A stretch of DNA of 64,000 nt from Callorhinchus milii (lineage: Eukaryota): positions 69,628,001-69,692,000 of the forward strand of contig NW_024704742.1 of assembly GCF_018977255.1 (NCBI RefSeq), in the 5' to 3' direction. The notes under the pieces were generated by a model. The model had not been told where the DNA came from and ran no database searches. It worked only from the letters and a program-made list of their open reading frames with translations. The position numbers and the translations under genes were made by a program. How positions within the stretch are numbered: position 1 is the stretch's first letter; each line of letters starts with the position of its first letter. Shown here in pieces: positions 52,001-63,805 of this stretch.

Positions 52001-52397
52001 TGTCTTGTAGCATATTGGTTAGGGCACTCGCATCACGAGTGAGAGGACCCAGGTTCGATTCCCAGGCTGAGTGATACCCTGGGCAAGTTTCCTTACTCCA
52101 CATACATTTGTTTACCTAGCAGTAAGTAGGATCCCAGTTGTTAGTCGAATGTGGATCACTTTCTGGGGGTAATAATTCCTTCAAAAAAAATTGTGCTGTA
52201 TCAAATTCAAGGATTATTATTATTATTATTTGGTCACTCAATCCACCACTGTTTGCGGGACACTGCTGTGTGCAATCAGCTGCCGCGTTTTGCCCACAAA
52301 ATATACAGTTAATTCAATTTACAGTATATTCTGTGAAGCGCTTTGAGATGTCTCAACGACATGATAAGGCACTATATCAAATGCAAAGATTATTATA
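52001..52397 (+). mobile_element. SINE family A with an extra internal tail segment
   Basis: Same structure as 50150-50542. Confidence 0.88.
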
Positions 52398-53448
52398 TAA
52401 CATTATCTCTCTACATTTATACAGTACTCAATTCCTGTGGATGTAAAGGCAAGGACTTTATTTACATCCTTAATATCTTGTCCACCTGAGCAGTTACACT
52501 TATCTGGCTCCCTCTCCCCCTTTCAGGTCTTTACAGTCCAAGTTATTGTCAGCTTCTGCCAGAGCTATTGCCAGAGTCAATCACGTCACATTTTCTTGTA
52601 TTAAATCACACAGGTGTGTGATGGGTCTTTTCCTTAATCTGAAAATAGTTGATTTCCATTTTCACAGCATTTCCAGGGCTCTATAACCTCTTCGATCTTA
52701 TTCACCTGTGAGGAAGCTGGGTGTGTTGTGTGTGTGTACCTGGCTTTGCATATTTTCAGGGCTCTTTAACCTCTTCAATGTTATTCTGCTGTGTGCAAAT
52801 GGCTGCCATGTTTCACCCACAAAATACACAGTCAATCCATTTTACAACATATTCTGTGAAGTACTCTAAGAAGTCTCAACAATTATATACAATAATTGCA
52901 TTTGATACAGTGCCTAAAACGTCAAAACATTTCATAACATTTTTGCAGGAATCATAAGATCACATGATTGATCTGGATGAAGAAAGCCCTACGACCCATT
53001 CAATCTCATCGCTCCAGAACGCGCCCCCCTCCACCCAACACCGCCACAAGTTGCTTTTTAAATGAGTCCCAGTGTATAGTGTAGTGACTGAATGTTTTGT
53101 GAGAGAGCCTAACATTCAGTTTGCCCACAGCAAGAGTGCTACCAACTGAGGCAGGCTGACACATATATTATAATAATAATAATCCTTGCATATTATACAG
53201 AGCCTTATCACGTCTTTCAGACATCTCAAAGCGCTTCACAGAGTATACTGTAAAGTGTGGTAACTGTGTATTTTGTGGGCGAAACAAAACAGCCAATTGC
53301 ACACAGAATAGCGCCCTTCATGCGGTGTCATGTCTCTTATCTGCACAGATTGCCATCGCAAACACTGGCAGCGTTGGTGTGTTCCGTATCTGCGTTCCTG
53401 TCAGCTTTGCCCTGCCTAATGTCTCCTTTCCTTCCATTTTGTGGTCAG

Positions 53449-53583
53449 GCACAGTGATCACCCCCAACTACATTGACAACTCCAGCTCCAACATCGTCCC
53501 TTGGTGTACCTGCAGTGGCAGCGGTAACGGCAGGCAGGACTGTGAGACCTTCCTCAATCTCTTCACAGATAACGTCTGCCTCA
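53449..53583 (+). CDS. gfra4: GFRA4 exon 6, D3
   Basis: GTVITPNYIDNSSSNIVPWCTCSGSGNGRQDCETFLNLFTDNVCL; acceptor gtcag, donor CA|gtgagt; 135 nt. Confidence 0.95.
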
Positions 53584-53759
53584 GTGAGTCAGCAAGCTGC
53601 TATCATTAGATCCAAGCCATTCCTAATCCGATCCCTCACAATTCGTCTTAATGCAGTGTCGATGTCTAGCAGCACCATGACATTTAATTTGAGGTTATTT
53701 ATTTTTGGGTGCCAGCCAGGTATCTTACACACACCACGACCAGCCGGGACCTGCTGGGT

Positions 53760-54322
53760 ATCATACACATGCGGAAACCCATCACCGTGACACACTGGGA
53801 ATCTTACACAAGAGAGAAACCCTTCACCTTGCTAAAGAATTGCCAAGGAAAGTTTCACACATTTTACTATGTTTGGAATGGAATACATACTCCCCTTGGA
53901 GGGATGCAGTCACTAAATTCTGGATGGTATTGGACGCAGATTGGCAAGAGCCTTGGCTTGGGGACCCCCAAGTGTGCATTGGAGTAACTGCTGGAGTCTA
54001 ACCAGTTGAAGCCGCAAAGAGCAGCGTCTGCAAAAAGCTTCCTCTGCTTTTTAAGCTCGGACAACCCTACCAGTTAGGGCTTTGTCTTGCAGGGTTATCA
54101 GGAGCTGAGTAGAAGAAACCCTGCTCACAGTGATCAGTCTGCGTTCTGCCAATGAGCCAGGCTGGACTGTATTGTGGACTCACCTGTCTCGAGACCTGGA
54201 CTATCGAGATCAGCAATGAGAGTTGACTCCGAGATTCACTGTCTGACATGTCACCTTGGAGTCAACTCTACCCCAAAGAGAGCTTATCTCCTCCCCATGG
54301 AGAAATAGTCTTCAGTTGAATT
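53760..54322 (-). repeat. unclassified dispersed repeat copy
   Basis: Shares cggaaacccatcaccgtg, ttggggaccccaagtgtg, gcagggtta and tcaccttggag blocks with the other copies. Confidence 0.75.
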
Positions 54323-54677
54323 AATAATCCAAGTGCTGACTGTGTGTGGGCTCACCATTTAATTAAAGGTGCTCTTTATTACGTAATTAACTGATGAAAA
54401 TGTGACACTGCGAATCTATACCTTGTTACATAGTTAGTTAGGGGGACGTTGGTGTGCGTAGGGTTAACCCAACCTGCAAATTAGCACCTATTTGGAAGGG
54501 AGGGGATTCAGCAAAATTGTCTGTGGAGAGAGAGGGAGGTGGAAGTGTAGGGAAGGGGGAGAGGAGCAAGAGATGAGGGAGGTGGAATGGAGTGGGGAGG
54601 GGAGGAGGTAGTGAGGAGATTTGGAGGAGAGGAGGGGGCTTGGGGGTGATGGTGGTCTGTCACACAAGACGTACACC

Positions 54678-57600
54678 AACAACAACAACAACAAGATTCC
54701 ATTTATAAAGCGCCTTTCACGTCAGGAGGACGTCCCAAGGCGCTGTACAGTTGGGTCATGACCCGAGCAGGGGGGAAATGGTCAGGGTGAGGGAAGGGAG
54801 GGAGCAAGGAGGGGGAAATGGTCAGGGTGAGGGGAGGGAAGGGAGGGAGCGAGGAGGGGGAAGAGAGTCGAGAGGGGAGCTGAAGGCACGGTCAAAGAGA
54901 AAGGTTTTGAGACCGGCCTTGAAGGAGGAAAGGGAGGAAGCGGCGAAGGCACTGGGGGATGGAGTTCCAGAGCCTGGGGCTGAGAGGCTGAAGGCCCGAC
55001 CACCGATGGTAGGGCGGTTGGGGCGGGGGACGTGGAGCAGACCGGAGCCAGAGGAACGGAGGGTACGGGCAGGTAGGTAGGGGGATAGTAGGTTGGAGAG
55101 GTAGGAGGGAGCAAGGCCGTGAATGGCCTTGTAGGTGAGGATGAGGATCTTGAAATCAATCCTCTGGGGGATGGGGAGCCAGTGGAGGCGAGCGAGGGTG
55201 GGAGTGATGTGGTCCCGAAGCCTGGTGCGGGACAGTACACGAGCTGCAGAGTTCTGAATGACCTGCAGCTTGTGGAGGGAGGTGGCGGGAAGGCCGGCGA
55301 GGAGAGAGTTCCCATAGTCCAGCCTTGAGGTGACAAAGGCGTGAACCAGGGTTTCAGCAGCGTGAGGGGTGAGGTAGTGCCGTAGTCTGGCGATGTTCCG
55401 GAGGTGATGGAAGGCGGTGCCAGTTGTGGTGCGGATGTGAGGGAGAAAGGACAGCTCAGGGTCGAACAAAACGCCGAGGTTCCTGACTGGCTTTGAGAGG
55501 TGGAGAGTGCAGCCTTGGATGCTGATGGTGTCAGCGCCTGAGGTGCGGAGGCGCTGACGTGAGCCAATCAGGAGGGCCTCGGTTTTTCGCACGTTGAGCT
55601 GAAGAAAGTTGTCTCTCGTCCAGGACTCGATGTCGGACAGGCAGGCTGTCAGGACATCGGTGGTCGTGGAGTTGAGAGTAGAGGAGGAAAGGTAGAGTTG
55701 GGTGTCATCCGCATACATGTGGAAGTTAACTCCATGTCTGCGGATGATGTCACCGAGGGGGAGCATATAGAGGGTGAAGAGGAGGGGACCGAGGACAGAG
55801 CCCTGAGGGACACCACATGAGACAGTGCGGGGGGTGGAGGAGAAGCCATTCGTTGAGACAAAGTGAAGACGGTGAGAAAGGTACGACCTAAACCATTCAA
55901 GGACAGTGCCTTGAAGGTTGAGGTGGGAGGACAAGCGGTGGAGTAGGATAGCGTGGTCGACCGTATCGAATGCTGCCGATAGGTCGAGGAGGACGAGGAG
56001 ACAGAGGGAGCCCTGGTCACAGATGGTCAGGATATCATTGGTGACCTTGACCAGGGCAGTTTCTGTGCTATGGGCAGCACGGAAACCTGACTGAAGGGGT
56101 TCAAAAAGAGAATGGGTGGAAAGGAAAGAGCGCAGTTGGGAGGCGACAACTCTTTCCAAGACCTTGGAGAGAAAGGGGAGGTTGGAGATGGGCCGGTAGC
56201 TTGATAGCTGCGACGCATCAAGGGAGGGTTTTTTCAGGGTGGGCGTGATGATGGCAGTTTTTAATGGAATGGGGACAGAGCCAGAGGAGAGGGACAGGTT
56301 GATGATGTCAGTGATATGTGGGGCAAGAAAGTGGAGCTGGGAGATAAGGAGTGGAGTGGGGATGGGGTCAAGGGAGCAGGTGGTTGGTTTTAGGGATAGG
56401 ATGAGTTCAGTGACAGAGGGTGGGGAAACGGGTACGAAGGTGTGTAGGGGAGGATGGGTAGGAGTCGGAGTGTGGGAGGGAAGGGGTGGGTGGTGGGTGG
56501 AAGTTGGAGGGGAAGTGACCGCGGAGCGGATTCCCTTGATCTTGGATTCAAGGAAATCCAGCATCTCCTCGCAGTGAAGGTTGGAGGAGATGACCTGCGC
56601 GGGGTGGCGGGGGGGACGGAGGAGTCGGGTTGTGGTGGAAAACAGTAGCCTGGGGTTGTTCTTCGCCTCCAGGATTATCCTGGAGTAGAAGGACGACTTG
56701 GCCGAGGCTAGAGTGGAGCGGTAAATTTTGAGGAGGTCCAGCCAGATTTGTCGGTGGACCGTTAGGCCAGATTTGACACAGGTGCGTTCAGCAGCCCGCA
56801 CCTGGCTTTTCAGTGAGCGGAGGTGGGTGGTGTACCAGGGGGAGGAGCGGGAGTAGGAGACAGTGCGGGAAGTGATGGGGGCAAGAGTATCGAGTGTGGA
56901 GGAGAGGGTATTGTGGAGGAGGGAGAGAGGAGAAGAGGGGTCGGTGAGGGTTGAAGGCCAGAGGGAGAGGAGTTCAGAGGACTCCAAGGCATCGGTTAGG
57001 GATTGTGGGGGTAACTTCTTCCAAGGGCGGTAGAAGATGGTGGTGGGTCTGGTGGAGGTGGGGAGGGGGGTGGAGGTGGTGAAGGAGATGAAGTAGTGGT
57101 CAGAGATGGCCTTGTCGGTAATAGTGACATCCGAGACACTGAGGCCCCGGGTGATCACCAAATCGAGTGGGTGGCCGTGACTGTGAGTGGGGGAGTTTAT
57201 GTGTAGGGAGAGGTTGAGTGAGGAGAGCAGGGAAGAGAAGTCTGTGGAGATGGAGCAGGAGGGGGTGAAGTGTAGGTTAAAGTCGCCCAGGATGATGAGG
57301 CGATCGGAGCAGAGGCAAAGAGATGTGAGGAGTGTTGAAATGTCAGAGATGAAGGTGGGAGAGGTTTTAGGGGGCCGGTAGAGGAGGAGGATTTTAAGGG
57401 AGAGGAATGAGGGGTGGGAGAGGGTGAGGTGCTCAAAGGAGGGGAAAGAGCCAGAGGAGTAGGGGGATAGGGCAAGTGGTGTCCTTGAGATAAGGGCAAC
57501 ACCACCGCCACGGCGGTTGGGGCGGGGGATGTGGTGGGAGGTGTAGCCGGGTGGCGTGGCCTCCGTGAGGGGGAAGGTGTCGCCTGGGGTGAGCCACGTT

Positions 57601-57850
57601 TCTGTCAAGGCCATGATATCAACGTTCTCATCAAGGATGAGATCGTTGATGACCAGGGCCTTGTTGCAGAGGGAGCGGACATTTTGCAGTCCGATGTGGA
57701 GGGAGCGGTTGACAGAAGGGTGTGTGGGAGGGGAGGGGGGTCCAGGTTGTGAGGCAGGGGTGGGGGGATGGGGATAAGGGAGGAGAGGTTGACTCCCCGG
57801 GTCTGTGTCCGGGGTGGGTGGCGAGTGTGGTGGGGAATGGGGCAGTCGGT
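54678..57850 (-). mobile_element. L2-clade LINE, near-complete ORF2 (APE endonuclease + reverse transcriptase), 5'-truncated
   Basis: 930-aa ORF 57614-54822 with ALTETW, GDFN, LDL, SDH (endonuclease) and [31 protein letters not shown] (RT); 3' stem-loop and (TTG)n tail. Confidence 0.95.
54822..57614 (-). CDS. L2 ORF2 endonuclease/reverse transcriptase (transposon-encoded)
   Basis: Uninterrupted ORF with catalytic motifs intact; the frame stays open upstream of the Met ([13 protein letters not shown]). Confidence 0.85.
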   Translation of the reverse strand: MALTETWLTPGDTFPLTEATPPGYTSHHIPRPNRRGGGVALISRTPLALSPYSSGSFPSFEHLTLSHPSFLSLKILLLYRPPKTSPTFISDISTLLTSLCLCSDRLIILGDFNLHFTPSCSISTDFSSLLSSLNLSLHINSPTHSHGHPLDLVITRGLSVSDVTITDKAISDHYFISFTTSTPLPTSTRPTTIFYRPWKKLPPQSLTDALESSELLSLWPSTLTDPSSPLSLLHNTLSSTLDTLAPITSRTVSYSRSSPWYTTHLRSLKSQVRAAERTCVKSGLTVHRQIWLDLLKIYRSTLASAKSSFYSRIILEAKNNPRLLFSTTTRLLRPPRHPAQVISSNLHCEEMLDFLESKIKGIRSAVTSPPTSTHHPPLPSHTPTPTHPPLHTFVPVSPPSVTELILSLKPTTCSLDPIPTPLLISQLHFLAPHITDIINLSLSSGSVPIPLKTAIITPTLKKPSLDASQLSSYRPISNLPFLSKVLERVVASQLRSFLSTHSLFEPLQSGFRAAHSTETALVKVTNDILTICDQGSLCLLVLLDLSAAFDTVDHAILLHRLSSHLNLQGTVLEWFRSYLSHRLHFVSTNGFSSTPRTVSCGVPQGSVLGPLLFTLYMLPLGDIIRRHGVNFHMYADDTQLYLSSSTLNSTTTDVLTACLSDIESWTRDNFLQLNVRKTEALLIGSRQRLRTSGADTISIQGCTLHLSKPVRNLGVLFDPELSFLPHIRTTTGTAFHHLRNIARLRHYLTPHAAETLVHAFVTSRLDYGNSLLAGLPATSLHKLQVIQNSAARVLSRTRLRDHITPTLARLHWLPIPQRIDFKILILTYKAIHGLAPSYLSNLLSPYLPARTLRSSGSGLLHVPRPNRPTIGGRAFSLSAPGSGTPSPSAFAASSLSSFKAGLKTFLFDRAFSSPLDSLPPPRSLPSLPSP

Positions 57851-57906
57851 GTGGCTGCTGCTTGACCCCGAAAGGGTAGCTGACATGTGTGTTCCACCTT
57901 CGTCAG

Positions 57907-58070
57907 GGAACGCATTCCAGGCCTTTGGGAATGGTACAGATCTGAACATGGGCTCCGACATGCAGCAGTCGACACTGCCCACACGTTATCTCCACCCAGA
58001 GAGGAACTTAAACGACACGCTCGCCTCACACAGCAAGGAGCAGGCATTCGGCCCCACAATCAGAACACAG
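57907..58070 (+). CDS. gfra4: GFRA4 exon 7, stalk
   Basis: RNAFQAFGNGTDLNM... matches the GFRA NAIQAFGNG motif; acceptor ccttcgtcag, donor CAG|gtaaca; phase 1 to 0. Confidence 0.9.
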
Positions 58071-58854
58071 GTAACAGCCCCGAGGAGAGAAGGTTCGATT
58101 CCCTCTCCTCCTCGTCCACTCACCCTCCCTCCCTTCTTCCCTCCCTCCCTCCCTCCCTGCATCAAAGACAGGTGTGTAACTGTGCATGGAAAAGATTTTA
58201 CGTGAAATTTCTTCACAGTGCAACAAGTCAAGTGTGTAAGAGAGACGCAGTTTTCCTATTTCACGAAACCAGGGGAAATAATGAATAATCCTTATGGCCT
58301 TTCATGTTTTGAGATGTCTTGAAGATGAGATAAGGCACTATATCAAATGGAAGGATTATTATTATTATTATTATGTTGGAGAGAAAGCCTCAAATGGCTT
58401 CACAGGGTTTCACTGTGAACTGTAGTGACTGTCTCTTTTGCGGGTGAATGCGGGAGCTCATTCGCAACGTGAAGTATTCATGGAAATAGCATGTAAAATC
58501 CCATGCATTTGGATGGCGCAGACAGGCAGCTTGCTCGTCAGCTTGCTGAAAACCATACTAATTCCGTGCTAAAATTGCAGCACACGTAGGTGTTAATTTG
58601 ACCAGGTGAAATGAGATTTGGTGAGACCGAGGGGAACACAAGGCTTGGAGGCTTCCGAGATAAAGTGAAGGCAGAGCGATAACAAATTATTAACCACTGG
58701 CAGTCAGTGGGTTTAAAATAGGAACCATCCGCTTCCTTATTAAAGCGCCTGGGATCCGAAGGGGTTTGAGGTGAGATTGTTGTGCTGATGTTCTGTAATC
58801 ACACTCTGTCCGTGCCCTTCACTGAGCTTCTCTTGGCACCAATGAACAAAGATA

Positions 58855-59264
58855 ACAATCCTTGCATTTGACATTTGCATTTATCACATCTTTGAGATGT
58901 CTGAAAGTGCTTCACGGAATGTATTACAAAGTGGATTAACTGTCCATTTGTGGGTGAAACGCGGCAGCCAATTATGCACAGCATTGTCCCACAAACAGTC
59001 GTGGATTGAGTGACTACACAACAACAAGAACAAAATTACATTTATAGAGCGCCTTTCACAACGGGAGGACCAAATTATTTCTTAATTGTTTTTAAGAGAA
59101 TATTATCCCCGGAAAGCCAATCAATTAAAAACCGTGTTCCAATTTACTGCTAGGTAAACCGAGGCGTGTGGAGTAAAGAAACTTGCCTAAGGTTTCGCCC
59201 TACCTGTGAATTGAACCAGGGTCCTCTCGCTTGCGCGTGCTCTAACCAATATGCTACAGGGCTC
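58855..59264 (-). mobile_element. SINE family A with a small L2-tail insertion
   Basis: Reverse-complement copy. Confidence 0.85.
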
Positions 59265-59674
59265 CATATGGACTGCAAAGATTATTATTATCGTTTCTTA
59301 ATATTCAAATTTTTATTCCATCCTTTGGATGAGTCATTAAACCAAGGTCTCCATCTGTACCTTGTTTAGGTGAGAAATCACGTGAAGCAGGTAAATGAAA
59401 GGATTGCTCTTGAGGGAGCTGGCACACGTTTTGCTCACAAAATACACAGTGAGTCCACTTTACAGTATATTCTGTGAAGAGCTTTGAGACGTCTCAACAA
59501 AGTGATAAGGCGTTGTATCAAATGCAACAATTATTATTAAATGCAACAACAACAACTTGCATTTATGTAGCGCCCCTCGCACAGGGTAGCGTCCCATCCC
59601 AGAGCACTTGAGGATTATTACGCAAACTAATGTAAGGATTATTATTAACAATTATTATTTTATCTCGCTCTCAG

Positions 59675-59815
59675 GTGTCCGATGAGAAGCTCCTGTGGAG
59701 GGAATCCATTGGTTCGTCCAATAAAGTTCCAGGCTGGGCTGCCATTGTCCACACGCCTCCTCACCTGGTCTGGGGCCTCGCCTTGGTCTCTGTCTATTCC
59801 GGATTTTCAATGTGA
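59675..59815 (+). CDS. gfra4: GFRA4 last coding exon, putative GPI-anchor signal
   Basis: Acceptor ttttatctcgctctcag, phase 0; VSDEKLLWRESIGSSNKVPGWAAIVHTPPHLVWGLALVSVYSGFSM* ends in a hydrophobic tail with no cytoplasmic domain. Confidence 0.8.
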   Translation: MSDEKLLWRESIGSSNKVPGWAAIVHTPPHLVWGLALVSVYSGFSM

Positions 59816-60800
59816 AGACCAAGAGTAAAGGTGGTGGGTGGGTGGTTGGGTGGAGGGGAGGGAAATGGAGTTGAATGGGTGTAGGGGAGGGGAAAGGAGG
59901 TCATTAATGCCGGGCTGCCCAAAACTGCCAACAGGTGACATTCAGTGAAAGATCTTGGAATTACTGCTGGCCATATTTCTGATTGTCTCAAAGCCAAGAT
60001 AGAGGCTCGTGGGTCGGGGTGGGGGGAAGGGAGATATTTGTGATTAAAAAGACCACCTCCTCTCTGACATGAATCGCCCTTTCCGGTGTGCGGGTGGGGG
60101 GGGGGGGTGCGGAGAGGAGTGAGGAGGAGGAGGAAACCCAATTCCAGAATGGAGGGGGTCGCCTTGGAGACGCCTGAACTTCCTGTTGAGCACCCTAGGG
60201 GATGCTGCCGATGGACAGCGGGTGGGGAAATTTTCCAAGCAAATGGGTCTCGGAGGTGCTCACATATCAAGCACTCCCTCTCGGCAACAGTGTCAACGGC
60301 ATAGCTTTAGCATTCACCCAAATGTCAGAAGTCAAGCTCAGTGGATTACTCTCCCCCCTTCCCCCCCCCCACCCACATTTATGCAGTTTAGCTCATGGTT
60401 GCAGTATCCAAACAGATTGTGTACTTCCCTTCCTTCCTCCCTCCCTCCCTTCCAAGGAGGGGAAAAAATGATGATAACTGAGCTTTATTTTGCCCCAGTT
60501 TTATTTCCTGTGGTTGTTTTCTGTCTCTCTCTCTCCCTCTCTGTGTCACGTCAGAAACTTTGCAAGTGGGTGCGGTTCTCAAACGTTTCTGAGCGCCTTG
60601 TTAATTCTCAACTGGTGTTAAGGGTGTTCCTAGCTGGACAAGCAGCGGGAAAGTTTACCTGACAGTGGTCTCATTAGAGGCTGACACCTTAACTCTCTCC
60701 GCATCCTGTGTCCTCTTGTTCTGCTGTCCTAGCACATCTGAAAGTATTGTTCCGGTTTTACTTTATCCATCGTCCACTTTAGTATCTTACACACTTCTCT

Positions 60801-60806
60801 AATAAA
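60801..60806 (+). terminator. candidate polyadenylation signal of gfra4
   Basis: AATAAA about 1 kb after the stop codon, followed by a U/GU-rich stretch (cctcttatcttgtcc, gtgtgtgtgtg). Confidence 0.55.
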
Positions 60807-60919
60807 GACATCAAGTCAGATGCCAGAGTTCCTCTTATCTTGTCCTAGTCATTCATCAAGGTGTGCATGTGTGTGTGTGGGGAGGGTGTGTGGGGTGGGG
60901 GTGGCCTTTGGAAGGCGGG

Positions 60920-61270
60920 GGTCTCCTCAGTGCTGAGTTTGCATGCTCGGCAATCGAATATCAGAATCGAGTCCACCCTCTGTGGTGGTCTCTCACTTGG
61001 TTGTCTGGTTTCTGAGCCAGGCGGGTCCGCAGTATTCCAAGGCACTGCTGATGACACCACAGCCAGTGCGGCTCATTGGTAAGACTTGAAGTGCCAGTCT
61101 TGGGGCAGGGAATCCTCCAACTCAACCCTTGTTAACCCTGCAAGCCAAAGCCCTAACGGGTAGTGTGGTCCTAGCTGGACAAGCAGCAGGAAAGCTTGCC
61201 AGACGGATACTCTTAAGCACGGTGATGGGTTTTTACATGTGTCAACACCTGCCTGACCAAAAACAAGCGC
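60920..61270 (+). repeat. unclassified dispersed repeat copy (internal deletion)
   Basis: cagaatcgag...gcagtattcc...ttaaccctgcaagccaaagcc...tgtgtca blocks. Confidence 0.75.
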
Positions 61271-61972
61271 TTGCTGAACTTAGTCTGTAATGTTTGATGG
61301 CAGCAATGGATTGGAAACAAACTCAACATTTCCCCCCCACCAACCCCACCATCAAAGAACAACATCAACAACAAATAGCATTTGCTGGACTAAATTTCTA
61401 GAAATTTATCCCAGAGAGACTGATAAAGGTCACTGACCATCAATAAGTCAAGGACTCTTGCCACTCAGCTCCTGTTAACTCTACCAGCCAAAAGCCTAAC
61501 GGGTAGAGTGGTCCTAGCTGGACAAGCAGCAGGAACTTGCCAGACAATGCTTTCAAATGCAAGCCTTCGCTGGTTAGACTCCGAATAAAAATAATATAAC
61601 AATCCTTACATTTGATACAGCACCTTTCATGTCGGGAGAATGTCTCAAAGCGCTTCATGGGATATACTGTAAAGTGCAGTGACTGTATGTCAGCGGGTGT
61701 TAATTTGTACACAGCAACATCCCACAAACAGCCATGGAGGTGGATGATGGGCTTCCATATAGGTCAGACATCTGACCGACAAAAAAAAAACAAGGCGAGG
61801 GAGGGATTGAACTGAAGGAATTCCAGGATGGAGTTCCAGACAATGGGGCTGAAAGCCAGGCTGAAACCTCTGATGGTCATAAGATGTGCAAAAACAGTCA
61901 CAAGAATAATGTGAGACTGCTGCGAACATCTGTAAAGCCACCCTGGGCAGCCGAGCGCAACGATAAAAAAAA

Positions 61973-62255
61973 ACTTGCATTTGATATAAGGCCTTATCAC
62001 AGTTGAGATGTTTCAAAACACATTACAGAATATACTGTAAAGTGAATTGACTGTATATTTTGTGGATGAAATGTAACAGCGAATTGCTCACAGCAGTGTC
62101 TCACAAACAGTCGTGGATTGAGTGACCAAATTATTTTTGAGGGATTATTACCCACAGAAAGTGATCCACCAATCGACTAACAACCAGGTTCTTACTTACT
62201 TCTTGGTAAACAGGCGTGTGGAGCACGGTGTGGTGCCTAAGGTTTTGCCCTGCCT
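61973..62255 (-). mobile_element. SINE family A (head lost)
   Basis: Reverse-complement body and tail. Confidence 0.8.
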
Positions 62256-63409
62256 GAGGATACTTTACAGTAAATCCTGAGGGCAATGTCTCCAGGCTGA
62301 TTTCTGAAGCTTTTCGGAAACAACCGGCATTGGAATTCTAACTGGAGCAGTGGATGTCTCTGGAGTTTTATGTGAACATCTTACCGAGATGTAAAGTCGG
62401 TGATATGTGAGCTTTTTATAGGCGTGCTCCCAGCTAAGCAAGCCCCTCTTCTGGGGTAGGAGAGGGGCAAGGTTCGAATCGGTTAACACTGTGGACAATT
62501 TCTCCCTTTTTTATCTTTTGCTCTTTCTTTTAAATGTCAAGTTTCTATTATTAAAAAGATTATTATTATAATAAATTATTATTATTTCTGATAGCTGGCC
62601 TCCATCTAGCTGTGTGTAACATCTGTCCTCCTCTCCTCCCTTCCTTCTCCCCTCATCCTCTCCTTGTTCCTCCTTCTCCCCGCACTCTCCATTATTCTCC
62701 CCTCTGCGCTCAAATTGCAAGCGAGACGTTCAGGGTTTAATTGCTGGGGTGGGGGCCATGAAACAGTAGGCAAGTTACCTTATTCCACATCTGTGTTTAC
62801 CTAGCAGTAAGTAGGAACCTGGTTGTTAGTCGATTGGCGGATTGCTTTCCCTGGGGTAATAATCCCTTAAATTAAATTTGGTCACTCAATCCACAACTGT
62901 TTGTAGGACACTGCTATGAACAATTGGCTACCAATGAACTAAGTGACACCTTTGCCATATCTCCTAATACTACCTAAGCCTCTGTCTGTCATACAAACAT
63001 CTCTATTGATTCCGACTCTACAGCTTTCTGGGACAAAGCATTCCACATCTTCACAACCCTCTGTGTGAAGAAATACTTCCTGATCTCAGCTCCCACTAAC
63101 TCATCAATTGATCTCATGGTTTTTGATAGTGTGATCAATGATTACATAAGAACATAAGAAATACCAGACGAATAAAAGACCAAGGTTCGTCCAGTTCGCC
63201 TTCCATCTTCCTGGCAGTTGCATGCTATGGGCTATGGATATGATGTGCAGAAGGATTTATATCTCCAGTTCACACACAACCTCTTGTAGCACTGAGGAGA
63301 ACAGATTTCAACAGGAATCATTTCAATTGATTTCTATTCCTGCACAACACGGCAAGGATGTTAATTGTTGGTTGGTTTGCCTCCAATCATTTTGATTACC
63401 ATTCTTGCA

Positions 63410-63805
63410 GGACTCCACTGGTTCTCTTATCACTGAACAGATCGATTTCAAGATCCTCACATTCGTCTTCAAATCCCTTGATGCCCTGGCACCTCCCTAC
63501 CTACTTATTCCCCAACCCACTACCTGCTGCCTCCACTCGACTGGCTCCGACCTCCTGTTTGTCCCTTTTGCCCTCCGTTCGACCATCGATCGCTGTGCTT
63601 TCAGTCACTATGCCCAAAACTCTTGAACACTCTTCCACTATCCCTCTGCCTTTCTCCCTTCCTTCCCCATCTTTAGGTCGCACCTGAAGACCTTCCTCTT
63701 TGACTGCCTACGGTTACCTGCCCCCAGTTCAGCGTTGTGGAGCACTGTCAAGGGCTCAGGACCCTACCCTGTGTAAGGGCTGCTATATAAATGCAAGTTG
63801 TTGTT
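63410..63805 (+). mobile_element. L2 3' fragment
   Basis: IDFKILTFVFKSL and AFSHYA motifs, tail. Confidence 0.8.

Noticed and set aside
54782..55567. 261-aa ORF and other ORFs overlapping the L2
   Set aside because: Shadow frames of the C-rich L2 ORF2.
61040..61075. Hammerhead ribozyme core (CTGATGA) in the unclassified repeat
   Set aside because: No stem II followed by GAAA can be built, and the motif is not kept in all copies.
62290..62500. Minus-strand TATA box, donor-like site and 77-aa ORF
   Set aside because: The donor is too close to the implied start, and there is no recognisable product or further exon.
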